Shown: positions 1 through 13,580, numbered from the whole stretch's first letter. The stretch is 62,567 nt of DNA, filler included, from Choristocarpus tenellus KU-1152 (GCA_964200185.2; 10 parts of 10 records of this genome joined end to end with filler, not necessarily neighbours in it); one strand, 5' to 3'. The notes: generated by a model from the sequence alone, not told the origin. A program made the numbers and translations.

Positions 1-733
1 TGCTTGCTGTATGTTGGAGAGTTTGGTAGTAGGGGGGGGAGTGTTAGCCAACATGGAGAAGGGGGGTATATACGTATACTTCACCACTTGCTATGTCATA
101 AACTCTGAGGGACACGCACTGTTTGTCTGTCCAGTTTTTTTAGTTGATTATTTGAGCACACCTCAGAATGATTTTCGTTATTTGATGTTTTATGCGGCTC
201 ACTTTAATAAAATTATTTTGAAACACTCCGGAGTAATTGAACCGAGGTTTTGGACATGCTATGGTGTTTTTCATGATTGTGCTTATTAGGTGGATTGTAG
301 TTCAAAATACTCTGTACAAAAAGCAACTTAGTTTTTGAGTAGCAAGTTGAGCAAGTTCAGGACACTGTGACTGGTAATGACCCCTCAACTAGAGGCAAGC
401 AGTAATTGTGGTGGCTTGTACTTGATAGTAAGAAAATTCTCTGAAATGATAGCATTGGAGGAGGAGGAAATGTTGTAGGAGGGCGAATTCATCCTATTGG
501 ATGAGTTCTTGATGTTGCCTTTTGCATCATATTCCCCTTACCTCCTGAATGAAAATCACCGTCACTCTTGTATTATCATGAAGATCGCTGTAGTTATTTG
601 CAGTGTACAAGTGAAAGGACATCACCCTCTTTTGATATCGAAATGCTCTGTAGATCTCGTAAACAATATCCTATGTTGAGCTCTTTCCTCCCCTTACCTC
701 CCTCCTCTATTCCCAACTAATACCATTTAATAG

Positions 734-3700
734 GTGGGTAAGATAGCAGCAGCGGATTTGTTTGAACCTCTTGATGCCATCATCGTAAAGGACAAGGATG
801 AGGTGGTGATTCCATTGCTCATGAATCCACTGCCCACACCCAAGGAGTTCAGGTATGTGCTGGATGGGGTTGATTGTAGAGGAATATTTATAGTTCCTGG
901 GAGTGGGCTCACATACTAGAGGGTGGTTAATGAGAAGATAAGACTCTGACAGATGTGTTAGGTGTAACCCAGTCCCACTCTGTACTTACATTTCTTTTGT
1001 TCAGTAGATGTGACCATTGGGAGTTGTGGCTACGGTTATTGCAAGTGTGGTAATCCTGAGACTCTTTTGTTGGTAGAAAGAAGACAAAACAATTTTTTTG
1101 ATGCTCTCCCTCGAGATCTACAGACTTGCTTGTGAGTAGAGTGCATCATTTGGGAGCATTTGCTGTTAGTAGTAGGACCCTGCAGTGAAGAGACAGATCT
1201 TCCGCACTTGACATTTGATATTCAAGTGGAGATGGGGTCTGTTACAGTGGTTTGGATTGTCACAACAACTACAGCAAGAGGAGGTATCTCACATTTCTAT
1301 TCCTTTTCTAAAGATTTGTATGTATTTCCAGCACCAATGGTTGGTGTGGCATTTTCTAGATTCGGAAGATTTGGATGTGAATGGCGGATGGAGACTCTAT
1401 CCAGCTGAACGACGGCTCTATTTTGTTGATACACGCTGTCGATAAATAGTCCCAGCTTGTGGTTTTTGAGGGGCATAAATTGGTTGTATCGACCACTGGT
1501 CTATATGTGATCCTGCTGTGGGCTGTTTGTTATGGTGTGCCCTGTTGACGATTGTTTGTTGTGACTATATGCTTTGTTTTTAGACCCCAATGGATGTTTG
1601 TGTTTGTTCTAAGTGTTTATTTTGTACACGAACCAATTGCAGGGACTCCATCCAGTCTCTGTCTCCTGAACAACAGCGATTTGCCAAGGCATTTAGGGCG
1701 ATGCAGTTGGAGTCTACACTCTTTGGGGTGCTGGTGATACAGATCAAGCCGCAAATGGAAACTCTACTACGTCTACCCCCTGGTGCATTGACGAAGGAGA
1801 TACAGCTTACTCAGGACCTCATGCAGCTCTTCATTGAATACCAGGTGATAGATAGATGGCAATGATGAGGTTTGTTTTCTTTATTGAAGTGTGAGTCTGA
1901 GTCAGTTCCGTTACATATTTTTCTTGTTAACAGTAGAGCCTGAACGGGATTCCTTTCATGAAGTGTGCGGATTCTGAACAATGATGATGTAATCATGTGT
2001 TTGGTAGACTGCAATTCAGGCGGTGAATAACTGAATGGGGGATCATAGGGTTTGGTTTGGGTCACCTTCAATAGTCATAGTCAAGGGTGACATGTTATTT
2101 ACAATGGTGTCAATGGTGGAATCGACATTCACAACTGAGGTTAGGCTACATGTTGAGCAGTCAGAGAGATGATTGAGCTAAACAAAATGTCTTCATGCAT
2201 CCATCTCGTGCTATGATTGTTGCTCTGTGCAATTTGACTTAAATATGTGCACTACCGCATATGGCAAACACTGATTTGTCAGCGCCCCCCTCCACAGCTA
2301 ATGGTGAAGGTGCTGTTTGTGATCCCTTTCTTTTGCTGCACAATTTCAACTATCATACGACGAACTTGCCAGGGATTGCTCTATGACCACATTACCACAG
2401 TAGTGTGTGTACCCCCTCACCGATCCTTAACCTGAACATAGCCGAATGGAACCTGACCTTGCCTATCCTATTTTTACAGGTACCATCAGACCTGCTTACC
2501 TTTGACGGACATGAAGGTTCTTCCTTGGAGGACAAACTGCTGACTGTCAAGGGTCACGTGACCAACCTACAGGCAACTATACAGAAGCAGAAGCAGCAGG
2601 AGCTGGATGAACGTCGCCAGGTGCTGAAATGCGCCTCCAGTCGTTGCCTTGTGTATCTATTGACATAATCACGTTCTGTACTGTTGACTACTTCTTGTGC
2701 AGATTCTGCACTGAGCATGGATGTTTACTAAATCGATAGAATATTTTGTAGCATTTGCTGTATGTGTAGCATATTGAAAGGCGTTCTTGGGGTGCTGTTG
2801 TGAGAGGATACTACGATGTTGCTCTCAGGAGGTTTGAGTTGAGGTTGAGTATGGTCCATGTTAGCTTTGTATCTCTTCATCAAAACGTTTCCACATTTGT
2901 GCTGGTATATAGATGAACGTTTGAAGGACACATCGAAATGGAAAACGCGAATGGTTCCAGAGGTAGAGAGTGGTCCAAGTTGGATGGGTGTACGATGTGA
3001 GCCTTGGTTTGTTGCTTTGGTTAGAGATAGCAACATGTATTGAAGAACACTGGCATTCTCCTTCACCACCATGTCTCTTGATTGAATGAGTACCGAATAG
3101 TGGGCGTGGTACAGAATGGAGATTGAGAGGGAAGGAAGTTTCACGGGTTTCCATCAGGGGGTGATGGTACAAGTGGCTTGCCAAGCGCAAGGAATCAGAT
3201 TATACGTACCCCTGTTTACATGCCACTTGCATGGCAGCAGCAACCACAGAATATTCTACAATTGTAGATTGATGCCTGTTCCTGAAAAGAGGGAGCACAT
3301 CCCTCTTTTGGCAGCATCTCGCCGACCACCCCCCTCCCCCCAATCTTCCTCTTTTTATTCGTTAAGAGTTTCCCCATCATGTAGATCACCTAACCCTGGT
3401 CCGTACCCTGATCCCAATCCTCATCCTAATCCTCTTGTAATACAGGTTGCAGAGGCACATGTGTTGGACAACATTGGACAGGTGCGGTCATTTCACTTTA
3501 CTCCACAATCAAAGGTGTCTAAGGATGTCAGGTGCTTGTTTGTGAGACCTTTGATTGTGTGCTTGTAAGCCTCAGTCTTGCCTCCACATGTTGCCTGAAC
3601 ATATATTGGGCCACCTATTCAGGAGTGCCAAGTGATGATTGATATCCCTTATTTTTGAATAGAATGTATGGCTTTTGTAGGAGGTGCATCGCTGGAAGAA

Positions 3701-4689
3701 ATTTCGAATAGAAGTATTCATGTATGTATCGTATGCCCTGTAACACTCAATGTTGTGCGTTTATGTCTAAGGTGAGAGCACATTTGTGTATCCACCTACA
3801 TTCTGAGGTGTTTTGGGAAGGTCTGCCTGCCCAGTATACTGTCTCGCCTACTTTCCAGACAAGTCGGAACCTTGACATCCATCTCAGTGGTAGCATGTGT
3901 TTTTGGACAGTCTCCATCAAGCAGATGGTTTGATGCAAGCATTTTGACCATACTTTGATACTGCTGAATAGTGCATCATCGGATATTTAGTATCAACTAC
4001 TGTTTATTGCAATTCCACCTTTTGATTTGCAGTGCTCAACACCCCCACAACATTGACAGTCCAGAAAGTTCTACTTTGAAAGAATCTACATCAGGAACAT
4101 CTGTGCGCTGTGAACATAGTATAACCTATACTGGACTATTTCCATTGGATTGCAACCCACCAGTGTCATGAATGTTCTGCCAGTGGTATCTCAATGCCGT
4201 CCATGCATCCGATTTGTTGCAATAGCTGGCAGAAGCCCAGTACTTTATGTCTTGCGAAGGCTCGACCACGGAGGAGATTCCACCCTTGCCAGCAGGTGTG
4301 GTAGAGGCTGAGAGGATATCTGCTGGGATCCATCTCAGGCGTGGGCGTAAGGGTGAAGCTAGGGCCTTTTCGGGAAGGGTGAGTAGGTCAACAACTGCTA
4401 AACCTACACGACATGGGCGAATGCTAAATAGGGAAGTCTCCTCCAGCTCAACACAGCCTACAGGTACAGCATTTGGTAAACAAGTGCAAGGGTATGGGGG
4501 GAAGGATCGTAGTATGCAAAGTGGACGTCCTAGTATTGAGCACTCGGTCTACCACATGAATGAGGATGAAAGGCACGGTGTCTGTAAAGAAGATGGAGAT
4601 CGTCCAGTCAGTGGTGAGACAGAAGCGTGGCCAGCTTCGTCAGAGGGTGGGGTGGACTACACACTAGTGCCTGCTGCCATGGACCACAG
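734..4689 (+). CDS. Partial multi-exon gene, uncharacterised protein (5' and 3' exons not found)
   Basis: GT-AG bounded, phase-compatible exons at 734-852, 1643-1844, 2480-2620, 3446-3481 and 4226-4689. They splice to ...[90 protein letters not shown]...[13 protein letters not shown]. The IKPQ-LTKEI-YQ(V/I)PSDL core resembles, from memory, a hypothetical protein family of stramenopiles and other protists. Confidence 0.8.
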
Positions 4690-6124
4690 GTATGTTGAAG
4701 TGACGATCTCAGCTTGTGTTACTAGTGGTATTATTTTAGTGGTGTGATTGCTGGAGTAAAAGGACAAGAAGAGGATGTGGGTACCAAAAAGGGTACCTCT
4801 GGACATTTGACTCTGAGAATTCAAAAGGACTAGTAGGGGGGGTGCAGAGGTGTATTTACCCTGGCCACATTCTATGCCAATGACATGGAGTGTCTTGACA
4901 TATTGCAACAAACCGTTCAAAATGAGCCAAAAGGTAAGAGAGGAGGGCTGTGTAGTCTACAATATCTGGTGAGACGAAGGTTCCTATGAAGTTCTCCCTG
5001 TTGTGTTAAACTTCCCATCCCAGGCAGAGATTATGTTGCAGGTATCATAAGGATCTTTTTCAAAGGAATGATGAAATGTATTGAGTGATCCATCCAGTCT
5101 AGAGCAAGGAGGTTGTAATTGGGTTTGGTACTAGTACGATCAGTCTCTGTTTGGTGTGGAATTCGATGCCCCCTTGAAGAAATGGACCATTTTCGTCTTG
5201 GATATTGGTTCCCCCTTGGGAGAATAGGTCATTTTTTCGCGGTTATGGACACTCCAGACTACAAACATTTGAAGAACAGATATTTTATTGAAACTGTGGT
5301 TAAGGGATGGAATACACTTCGTCATGCATCCTTTGGAAGCACACCAGTGCCGTAGTGCAGAAGGTGGTGTTGAAGGAGGTGAAGCAGAACCCTGATGATA
5401 TACACCCATTCAGTGATTTCAATGTACCTTGTATACATAGCCATTGGCTGGAGGGTATTGGCTAAAGCATGACTGCTTGGGACTTACACAAATGGGTACG
5501 ATGGTGGTCATTATTGAACCCTGCACCGTGGTTCGGCAAGAAGACTCCGATTAGTATTATGTACCAAATGGACTTGGTAGGTCCAGAGGGTGGTACAAGG
5601 AGGGATGAGGGCAGGCTAATCGGATTGCTTCAAAGTGATGGTGGTTAGACGACTGGGGGTAGACTGAGGTCATCTTGGCCTGTGGGAGTCCCAACCCAAC
5701 CCTGATATCCTATCTTGTCTAGTGTAAGTTTGGACATGTATTTGTTGGAGGAGTCTCGTTGCCTTTTATTGCACTCTTGAGGGGAGTGGGTTACTAGAGT
5801 TAGGTTTGACATGTTGAAAGGTGCACGACATGTTTTGTTCAAATCCCGCTACTGTTGAGGTTCTATGATTTTGTCAATATCCAAGCATATCAATGGACGG
5901 ACCACGAAAGAGGAAGAGAGAATAGTTATTAGTAGGTGTTGGTTGAGAGAAATTGACTGTAAGTCCAATTGTACTCGTGGAATATTTTCTCAGTTTGGGC
6001 CTCAAGTGTTGTCAAAATCGCCAAGGGTGGACTACAAGAATACAGTCATGGTTTCTGTATCCGAACCTTGTGCAATATAGACTAATACTCTATATGGTTT
6101 ATAGTATAAAAGTGAATGAAGTAA

Positions 6125-6193
6125 TGTAACTTGAACTTATAAGCGACTGACGTGGTGTAACTTGAATTTATAAGTGACTGACGTAGTGTAACT
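6125..6193. repeat. 31-bp tandem repeat, ~2.2 copies
   Basis: tgtaacttgaacttataagcgactgacgtgg / tgtaacttgaatttataagtgactgacgtag / tgtaact. Confidence 0.8.
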
Positions 6194-6228
6194 GTCACAA
6201 ACATGGTTAAACATATTTCTGACGTTTT

Positions 6229-6962
6229 TGATGACGAATGAATTAGATAACAAGGGAGAACACCACCCCCCACCTTGAGGATAGTGCTCACTCCACTAAT
6301 AAACATATCCATACCATACAAAGCAAAATACTCTAATTGAGTAGCTCTCTTTTGCATAGGTTATGAGCCTCATTGGTATGTAAGCGGACCCCCGTATGCT
6401 GCCACTATGGAGTGGAGCGTGGGGGCATACAAGGGAGAAGTGTGCAGAATGGCGGATGGCGCTGGTGAGCTATGCATGCGGGCGGCAAGAGACTACTGCA
6501 TCCTACAACCAGCATACCGCATTCCTGCACCTCCCACAGCTGATACATCATTCGAGGAACGCTGCACGTATGATGAATACGTCAGGCATCGCGAAGCCTT
6601 GTGGTTCCTGCTGGGACAGGCCACGAGGGGTGCTGCAGCTATGGTGGTCAGCTTGTATGGTCAACACGTACGAGAGGAGGCAGCCCCGACAGGAGGGCAG
6701 CCTGTCTCGAATTAGAGCAGATCTATTGAGGGCGCGCTGTGAGTCAGCGGTCCATGCAGCTCATAGCTCCAGAGATGAAATTGTGCGACATGTACTGCTC
6801 GTCAGTAGAGGACACTGCAGATTTCGTCATTGGTCTCGATCATATCTGGACAAGAGTACGAGCAGCTGGAGGCAGCCAAGATCATGCCAAGAAAGGAGCT
6901 CTGATCATTGGCATCAGGGACAGCATGCTGTAGGTATTTGCAGATGTGTCCGTGTGGAGGAC
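6229..6962 (+). mobile_element. Ty1/copia LTR retrotransposon 5' end (putative short LTR, PBS, degenerate gag), truncated by gap
   Basis: CA at 6355-6356 is followed by GGTTATGAGCC (6359-6369), complementary to the initiator tRNA-Met anticodon arm. A disrupted gag-like frame follows (LWFLLGQATRGAAAMVV...DGRAACLELEQIY*...DFVIGLDHIWTRVRAAG) with a frameshift and stop. The LTR start is a guess. Confidence 0.65.
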
Positions 6963-7062
6963 NNNNNNNNNNNNNNNNNNNNNNNNNNNNNNNNNNNNNN
7001 NNNNNNTTAATTAATTAANNNNNNNNNNNNNNNNNNNNNNNNNNNNNNNNNNNNNNNNNNNN
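6963..7062. other. Scaffolding spacer (44 N + TTAATTAATTAA + 44 N)
   Basis: The same 100-nt spacer recurs at 9749, 16858, 22607, 26554, 32399, 38493, 53499 and 57719. There is also a 10-N gap at 24057. Confidence 0.95.
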
Positions 7063-7079
7063 GGGGGGGTAGCCATTAT

Positions 7080-7337
7080 GAGTGAAAGTATCTTGGAGGG
7101 TATGAGTTTTGCCCTGTTTGTCCATTTGGGGCTTGGCTTCCCACGTTTTTTCTAATGACATTTTCCTACTCCAAAATGTTTCGGAGTAGATAAAATGCAT
7201 ACGTTATGAAAAGGTGTGTCTGGAACAAGGATATTGACACTTCCTAACAAAAATGACAGCCAAAATTACATAAAAATCGCAACATTGGGATTTGACCCCA
7301 TATGGACGCGGCTCTACCCTCTAAGATACTTTGACTC
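7080..7337 (+). mobile_element. MITE family A, full copy (~258 bp)
   Basis: TIRs GAGTGAAAGTATCTTGGAGGGTA ... TACCCTCTAAGATACTTTGACTC; flanks TTAT/TTAT; near-identical internal sequence in more than 10 other copies. Confidence 0.9.
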
Positions 7338-7343
7338 TTATGT

Positions 7344-7605
7344 GAGTCAAATTAAAAGAGAGATGCCCAGGTTTTGGCCGTTTTGCATTTCAAGTCTGTT
7401 TTTCAATCTCTTGCGATTCACCAATATTTCTATGGATTAAGTTCTAAGTTTGACTGGAGAGAGTTTATTTATGTGCTGTTTGAAAAATTTCCGACACAAT
7501 CCTTAAAATATCCTTAACACATTTGAAATAAAGGTCGAATTTTGAACATACTTTTCAGCATCCTTAAAATGCAATTCTGGGTATATTTCTCGTCTACTTT
7601 GAATC
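7344..7605 (-). mobile_element. MITE family C copy
   Basis: Termini GAGTCAAATTAAAAGAGAGATG ... CTACTTTGAATC; TSD TGT/TGT; reverse-complement similar to 15408-15665. Confidence 0.8.
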
Positions 7606-8959
7606 TGTGGTGTACCACTACGGCAATTCAAAAAATGAATACAGAGACAAAAACTCATTTGACAGAAATCGGATGTCCCTGCAACCCCAGTCTCCTTCGA
7701 GAATAGATATAGCACCTCATGGCATGCCATGACACCCTACTCAGCAATCCTGTGTCCCAACCACAGTGTGCTTCTTGACACTCCAGGAGGTGTTATTGTA
7801 CCATTGGTTCCGAATTTTATTTTACTCTGCTGTGTTGTATTTGTAAGGCACAATAAAAGCCAAGTGCCAAGCTTGGTAAGGAACACAACATCTGCTAATT
7901 CTCCTGAAATCCCCCTTCCACCTTCCCGCCCACAGATTCCCTCACAGCCCTGACACCACCATCAGGAACCCCAAGACATTCAAGTGCCAATAGGGTCAGT
8001 TGAATTCCGGATCCACTTCAACTGCCCACACCTATTTCTATAGGAGAAGTGGGGTGGCCAGCTTTGCCCTCTGAGAAGGAAAATCCTCATCTCTACTTCA
8101 ACAGTTTCTGCAGCTCCCCCTCCCCTCGCCCACACGACAGTGATCCGTGAAATGATTAGCGACACAAGCGTTATCCAGGTTATTAATCTCACTCCAGTCC
8201 ACCCATTGTTCAAACCAATCCAATCCACCAATATGGAGAATACACCACTTTAGAATGTTTTGCGGATTCTCTCTTCACTCTGGATCTCCAATGGAAACTT
8301 CAAGATACGGAAGCGTCCTTTGAGTACTCCAAAGAAGCACTTACGTCCTTTCTCACGCTCTGCAAGCGCTCTCCATTCAGCTGATCCTCAATGCGGCTGG
8401 CCATATAAGGAAGCACGAGGTACTTCCACTATGTTTTTGTCTCGGAGGCAGGGGGGACGGATGAATATAAAGACTCTTTATGCAAGTAGTACTCGAACAT
8501 AAGGTGTATCTGAGCGGGCACACTTTAATAGCCAGTTAATGTTGTGTAGGACAGTGGTGACCCCTTCGCAAAAACACGAACGGATACACATCGACTCTTT
8601 CATATGCTGTACGAACATCGAAAAATATCATCTCCCCCTTCGCTTGAAAGTCCAGAGATAAAGTGGGGTCTATTATCTGTGTGCTTTGTGTGAGAAGAAC
8701 AAGCGGCATATTTCACAAACTTGTTGGCTACAATATTATCCTGATAGATCTCTACGCACCACCTGGAAATATTAGTGTGGATGAACTCCAAACTATTCAT
8801 CAGAAATGATGACAAGGCACGGGGGGTCGACAACCCCGCACTTACGCACCTTGTGGTAGCCACCGTCGACGAAGAGGTATGCCCCTCTTTGGGTGTCCTC
8901 ATTCCCGTATGCATCGAACAAGGTGAAATCTAAGTCGGTAAACACCTCTTCTTCATCCG

Positions 8960-9260
8960 AATCTGTATATCAGTGTCGTATCGGACTATGATTTTATCAT
9001 TTTTCCGCCCGAAAAACCCATGTTGCCCCGAAAACACGCATGGAATGGTCGACGGTGATCTCGTACCCCCAAGAGTGAACAGACACTTCGACAGACTACG
9101 AAGGTGTACAATCGTTTGGGTGATTAAGGGTGCAGTGGGATTAACCCATGTGACCCACGTCAGGTGGGAAAAATGTCCAGAAACTGACACTAAGTCATAC
9201 AAGGGCAAGGAATGCTTCCCCACCCTGGCGTACGAGATCACCGTCGACCATCCCATGCTG
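8960..9260 (+). pseudogene. PIF/Harbinger transposase fragment (degenerate)
   Basis: GAVGLTHVTHVRWEKCP...YKGKECFPTLAYEITVDH matches the Harbinger/Plant_tran pattern GSxDxxHxxWxxCP...YxGKEGxPTxxxExxxD. The first catalytic D appears mutated. Confidence 0.75.
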
Positions 9261-10498
9261 GTTTTGCGGGAAACTTTCAGCCATATATTTTCTACAACGA
9301 GCTGTACAAGGAAGGGATAGGGGACAAAGAACTCGCGACGAATCATTTTCCCATCCTCAGACTTCGGGTCGCTGAGGGTCTCATCTCGGAGCATCTGCTG
9401 TTGAACTATCCCACACTGGACCCGCGGCTCTTATGGTGCTTTAATGAAGGACAAAGAACAACTCGATATAGATCAGTAAGATTAATATTACAAGGGTCTT
9501 GTGGTCTCGATTCCACTGACTGAGAAGGTGGTTAAGACCAGTGCAGCCTACCATGTGGGATTTGCAACGTCCACATGGATAATCAGAAAAGAATCATATC
9601 TACTTATCAAATGTGCCATACATGCATGATACATCAACTGATGATCAAGTATCAGGTCCCTACCATACGTGAACTACCATACATAAACGTTGTGTAGAGC
9701 CCGACTGAAATATACGGAAACATATATCTGGCTCTACCTTTCCTCCATNNNNNNNNNNNNNNNNNNNNNNNNNNNNNNNNNNNNNNNNNNNNTTAATTAA
9801 TTAANNNNNNNNNNNNNNNNNNNNNNNNNNNNNNNNNNNNNNNNNNNNATACACAAAATAAGGTACACCTCACTATTGTCCTATTTTGCACACACAGAAC
9901 CAGGCCCCATAGTACATTTATTATTCATCATATTACTCTCGCACGCCGCAAAAAAACTGAAATCAAGAAAACAGTCGAAAGGAGGCACTACACTGATCGA
10001 GTGTATGAGAAGGGTAATAATTATCATAAACAAAAGAAAATATGGAAAATATAGTCATGATGGTTGATGCGTCCATTTTTTATCCACACTTGGAATACAA
10101 TGAATTTATACATAATATACTATTAGGATATATGACGCTTTTGAAAAGTGTCAAGGGCAAAATACCGAAAAATCTACTAAATTGCAAGGACTACCGTATG
10201 TACAACATTTCTCGTTAATTGTAAGATGTCTCCATCAAATAATTTCTACGTGGAAATACAACTATATAACAATGTCCCTTCGAAATATGTTCACTACTAA
10301 GTCTCATGTGTACATTGCTGGGCTTCCGACCTAGGTTAGCCCTACGAAGATTGGCAAGGGGGTGGGGATGCATCCAAAAAGTCTGCCAGTCTCCTTCTTG
10401 CCCACCTACTCGATGTCTTTGTAATTATATGGAGAAGTAATGCATACGATTCGTTATTTGTACATCAAGCCCAGTTTTAGGTTTAGGATATTACGGCA

Positions 10499-10834
10499 CT
10501 ACGCCAAAATGCCTCAGTAACTACGCAAGTGGCACTGTCTAGATGTGCCATGCGTTTCAAGCTGGAGTCACCAGGGATATGGGCACGGAGGGTTTTGTTG
10601 GATTCTGAGGATGCCTCCCTAGCTCCTCACTCTGAGGTACAGGAATAGGTAGATTGGAGGCACAGGAAGGCAGTGGTACAACAGAGATAGTTGTGAAATA
10701 ACAAATAGAAAAATGTTTCTTTATCTTTTTGACATATTTTATTTTCTTAGGGCTTACATTGACATGTAAATAGTTTTCATTGGTGTCTCCCCTGACACGT
10801 CAGCAAAATATCAGAGGGCATGATAATATATAAT
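10499..10834 (+). mobile_element. 5'-truncated RLE-type LINE 3' fragment (family D)
   Basis: Homologous to 11100-11400; ends in GAGGGCATGATAATATATAAT tail. Confidence 0.75.
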
Positions 10835-10959
10835 TGTATGGTACGGTTTCTCCTGTATTTTCAACGGGACAATGCAGTAGTGATTTTGATTAAATAAGCG
10901 AAGAAAAATGTCTTTCACATATACCACAACTGTTACTTTTTCAGGGGTTCTTATGATAT

Positions 10960-11402
10960 TTTATCCTCGACACCTTCGCGGTGGAAAGTTTTGGGCGGCT
11001 CGACAAGGAAACGGGACGTTTCCTGGATGTGCTAGCTGCACATACGGTAGGGGGGAGAGGAACTGGACGTTACAGTAGAAAAGGAGTTGTCAAATCCTGC
11101 CTACGCCAGATAGCCTCAGTCACAACGCCAGTAGCCCTACCTAGACGGGTCATGCGTTTTAAGCTTGAGTCACCAGGGAGATGGGCAAAGAGGGGTTTGT
11201 TAGATTCTTGGGATGCTCCCCTAGCTCCTCAACCTGGGATGCAGGAGTAGGTTTGAGACACAGGAAGGCAGTTGTATAACATAAATAGTAAAATAGGAAA
11301 TAGGAAATAGATGAACATTTTTCACTTTTGTGGCAACTGTTACTTTTTGGGGGATTTTCTGACATGTGAATAGTTATCATTGGTTTTTCCCCTGGCACAT
11401 CT
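10960..11402 (+). mobile_element. RLE-type non-LTR retrotransposon (CRE/R2-like) C-terminus plus 3'UTR
   Basis: TFAVESFGRLDKETGRFLDVLA...LRQIASVTTPVAL matches the end of restriction-like endonuclease domains (FAVESFGRLGxxAxxFLxxLA...RQxISVxLQ). Confidence 0.75.
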
Positions 11403-11730
11403 ATATTTTGTTATTATGCCCTCTAACATTTTGCAGATGGGTCAGGGGGAAAACAATTAATACCATTCAAATGTCAGAACCTCTACAAAAGCAACAGTTG
11501 TCGTAAATGTGAAAGGCAAATTTCTATCATCTATTTACTATTTTACTAACAGCTATGCTACACCTCTGCCTGCCTGTGCCTCCAGCCTAGCTTTGTCCTG
11601 CACCCCAGGATGAGGAGCTGGGGAAGCATCCCAATTATCTAGCAAGCCCCTCCTTGCCCATATCCTTAATGCCTCCAGCTTGACACGCATAACACATCTA
11701 GACAGGGCAACCTGCGTTGTTACACAGACC
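11403..11730 (-). mobile_element. Family D LINE 3' fragment, inverted
   Basis: Starts TTATTATGCCCTCTAACATTTTGC, the reverse complement of the family tail; lies tail-to-tail with 10960-11402. Confidence 0.75.
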
Positions 11731-13386
11731 TGATATTTAATTGCTTTTCATTGGTTTTTCTCCTCACACACATATCTGGAAAATGTGAGAGGGAATAATG
11801 ATATATAATAATAAACAATGGAGTAAGCGAACAATAATGGTACAGTAACTCTTAACATTTCTACTGTACGGTATAGTTGCGACTACTGGATAAACTTTTG
11901 GACGGTACAGTACGGTACGGTACAGCGTGGTGCGACATGGTGGTAGCAATTACTGTAGTCAAAATCCTGTAGTATGACAAATCACTGTGCAAACAAGACC
12001 GTCCAAATACCGACACCATTGCAGCAGTAGTAATTACTATGATGAATCTTGCAATTGTGAGCACTCCCAAACGAAAGTTCAGTGGGTATCTCCCCGTGGC
12101 AAAATTGAGTCGGTTTATGGTTATTTTAAGCTCTTGACTGCACAACGGCAAGCTGCACGATTTCTTCACTTCTCCACGATACTATTAGTATTCGACAGGT
12201 CATTGGATGGTACTTGCCTTCGTTTGCACGTAATGCTATACATGGTGCAGACGAGTATCCCTCAGAGATATTTGACTTTCACTAGCAGTCTATACCCTCA
12301 ACAACCAATGCTGGGTTAAACTCTGGCACTTTTGCTCTTCTGTCTGCCCTCGTTATTTTCAGTTGCACTGAGGCCCCTCGTGGTACCTCAGAAAGTGGTT
12401 GTAGGGAATCGCCCTCATAAGAAATACTTTTGCGATCTACTTCCAGTCACTCAAAACGGACTGCGTGAGGGTTGTTCTAGTGGGGATCACTATGAAATAT
12501 AGAACAAATTTATATTATGATCTCTTGCCAAAATTTGCACTGTTCTTTCGATACTAGGATACTGTTTCTGTTTGTCTTCTTTGCTTTTTTTCTTCGCTTT
12601 CTTTTCGGGTCTGGGGACTATTCCAGACCAGTTGTAACAGGCACTACACACTGCACTGCTTCTCATACTAACTACTTTGACTAGCTCTTGTGTACCACAA
12701 CTGATTGTACCTCCTCCTTTCCTTTTTGGATGCCTATATTCTTGCACGTTGGGTTCAGTATTCCCACCACTCCTCACTCCACCTCAGACTCCCTCTAGTC
12801 AGGGAAAGAAGGAATTGTCAGTGTCGTTGTGAGATGGGCAACATAGTCGCCAATTTGTTTGGAACGATTCAGCACCAGCTGTTAAAACTTTCTCTTGCAC
12901 GAATCGTTGGTTCTCTCCTTAAGTACTCTGTGTAGAGGCTTAAAGTCCTGTAGGAGAAGAGGTGACTTGGTGCACTGAAGTACTTGCACTGGTGGAATTC
13001 AATGCGATAGATCTTGTAAACATGCCCTGTGAAGAGGTTAATTGAATACTGTGAAGTAGAGTACTATTCAGTGGTGTGACTCAGAATAGTGATGCACGCT
13101 CTGACTAAAGGCTTGTTACCTTGTAGAGAAGGTTGTGGATGTATTTACGCTGAATATATATATATATATATCATCATACAGTTGTGTATCAAGATACACT
13201 TTCAGCAGACTGAATTCAAAGTGTGAAGAGGGGGTAACATCTTCCGAAAAATATAAGAAAAATGCCAGGGTTTTTGTTATATGAGAAAGATAAGAGAGAC
13301 TCGAGTATAATATGTGTCATGTACTGTGTTCGAATATATGGAAAAATGTCTACCAATTCCAGGAATGAAGCATCCTATAACCATAT

Positions 13387-13580
13387 TTTATAATTATGCC
13401 CTCTGACATTTTGCACATATGTCATTATTAGCCCTGAAGAAATGAAATATCATCAATGTGAAAACACTATAAAACACTGTAAGTGTGAAAACCACCATTA
13501 ATCTATCAGTTACTTCACCATTATCAATATTGTACCACTGTCTTCCTGTGCTTCCTATCTACCTACTCCTGCGCCCCCGG
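13387..13580 (-). mobile_element. Family D LINE 3' fragment, inverted
   Basis: TAATTATGCCCTCTGACATTTTGC ... CTTCCTGTG...CCTACTCCTGC matches family D. Confidence 0.65.

Noticed and set aside
6125-6193. CRISPR-like 31-bp repeats
   Set aside because: Directly tandem with no unique spacers, eukaryotic context, no cas genes.
7007-7018. Recurrent TTAATTAATTAA motif
   Set aside because: Always centred in a 100-nt N block; an artificial all-frame stop linker, not biology.
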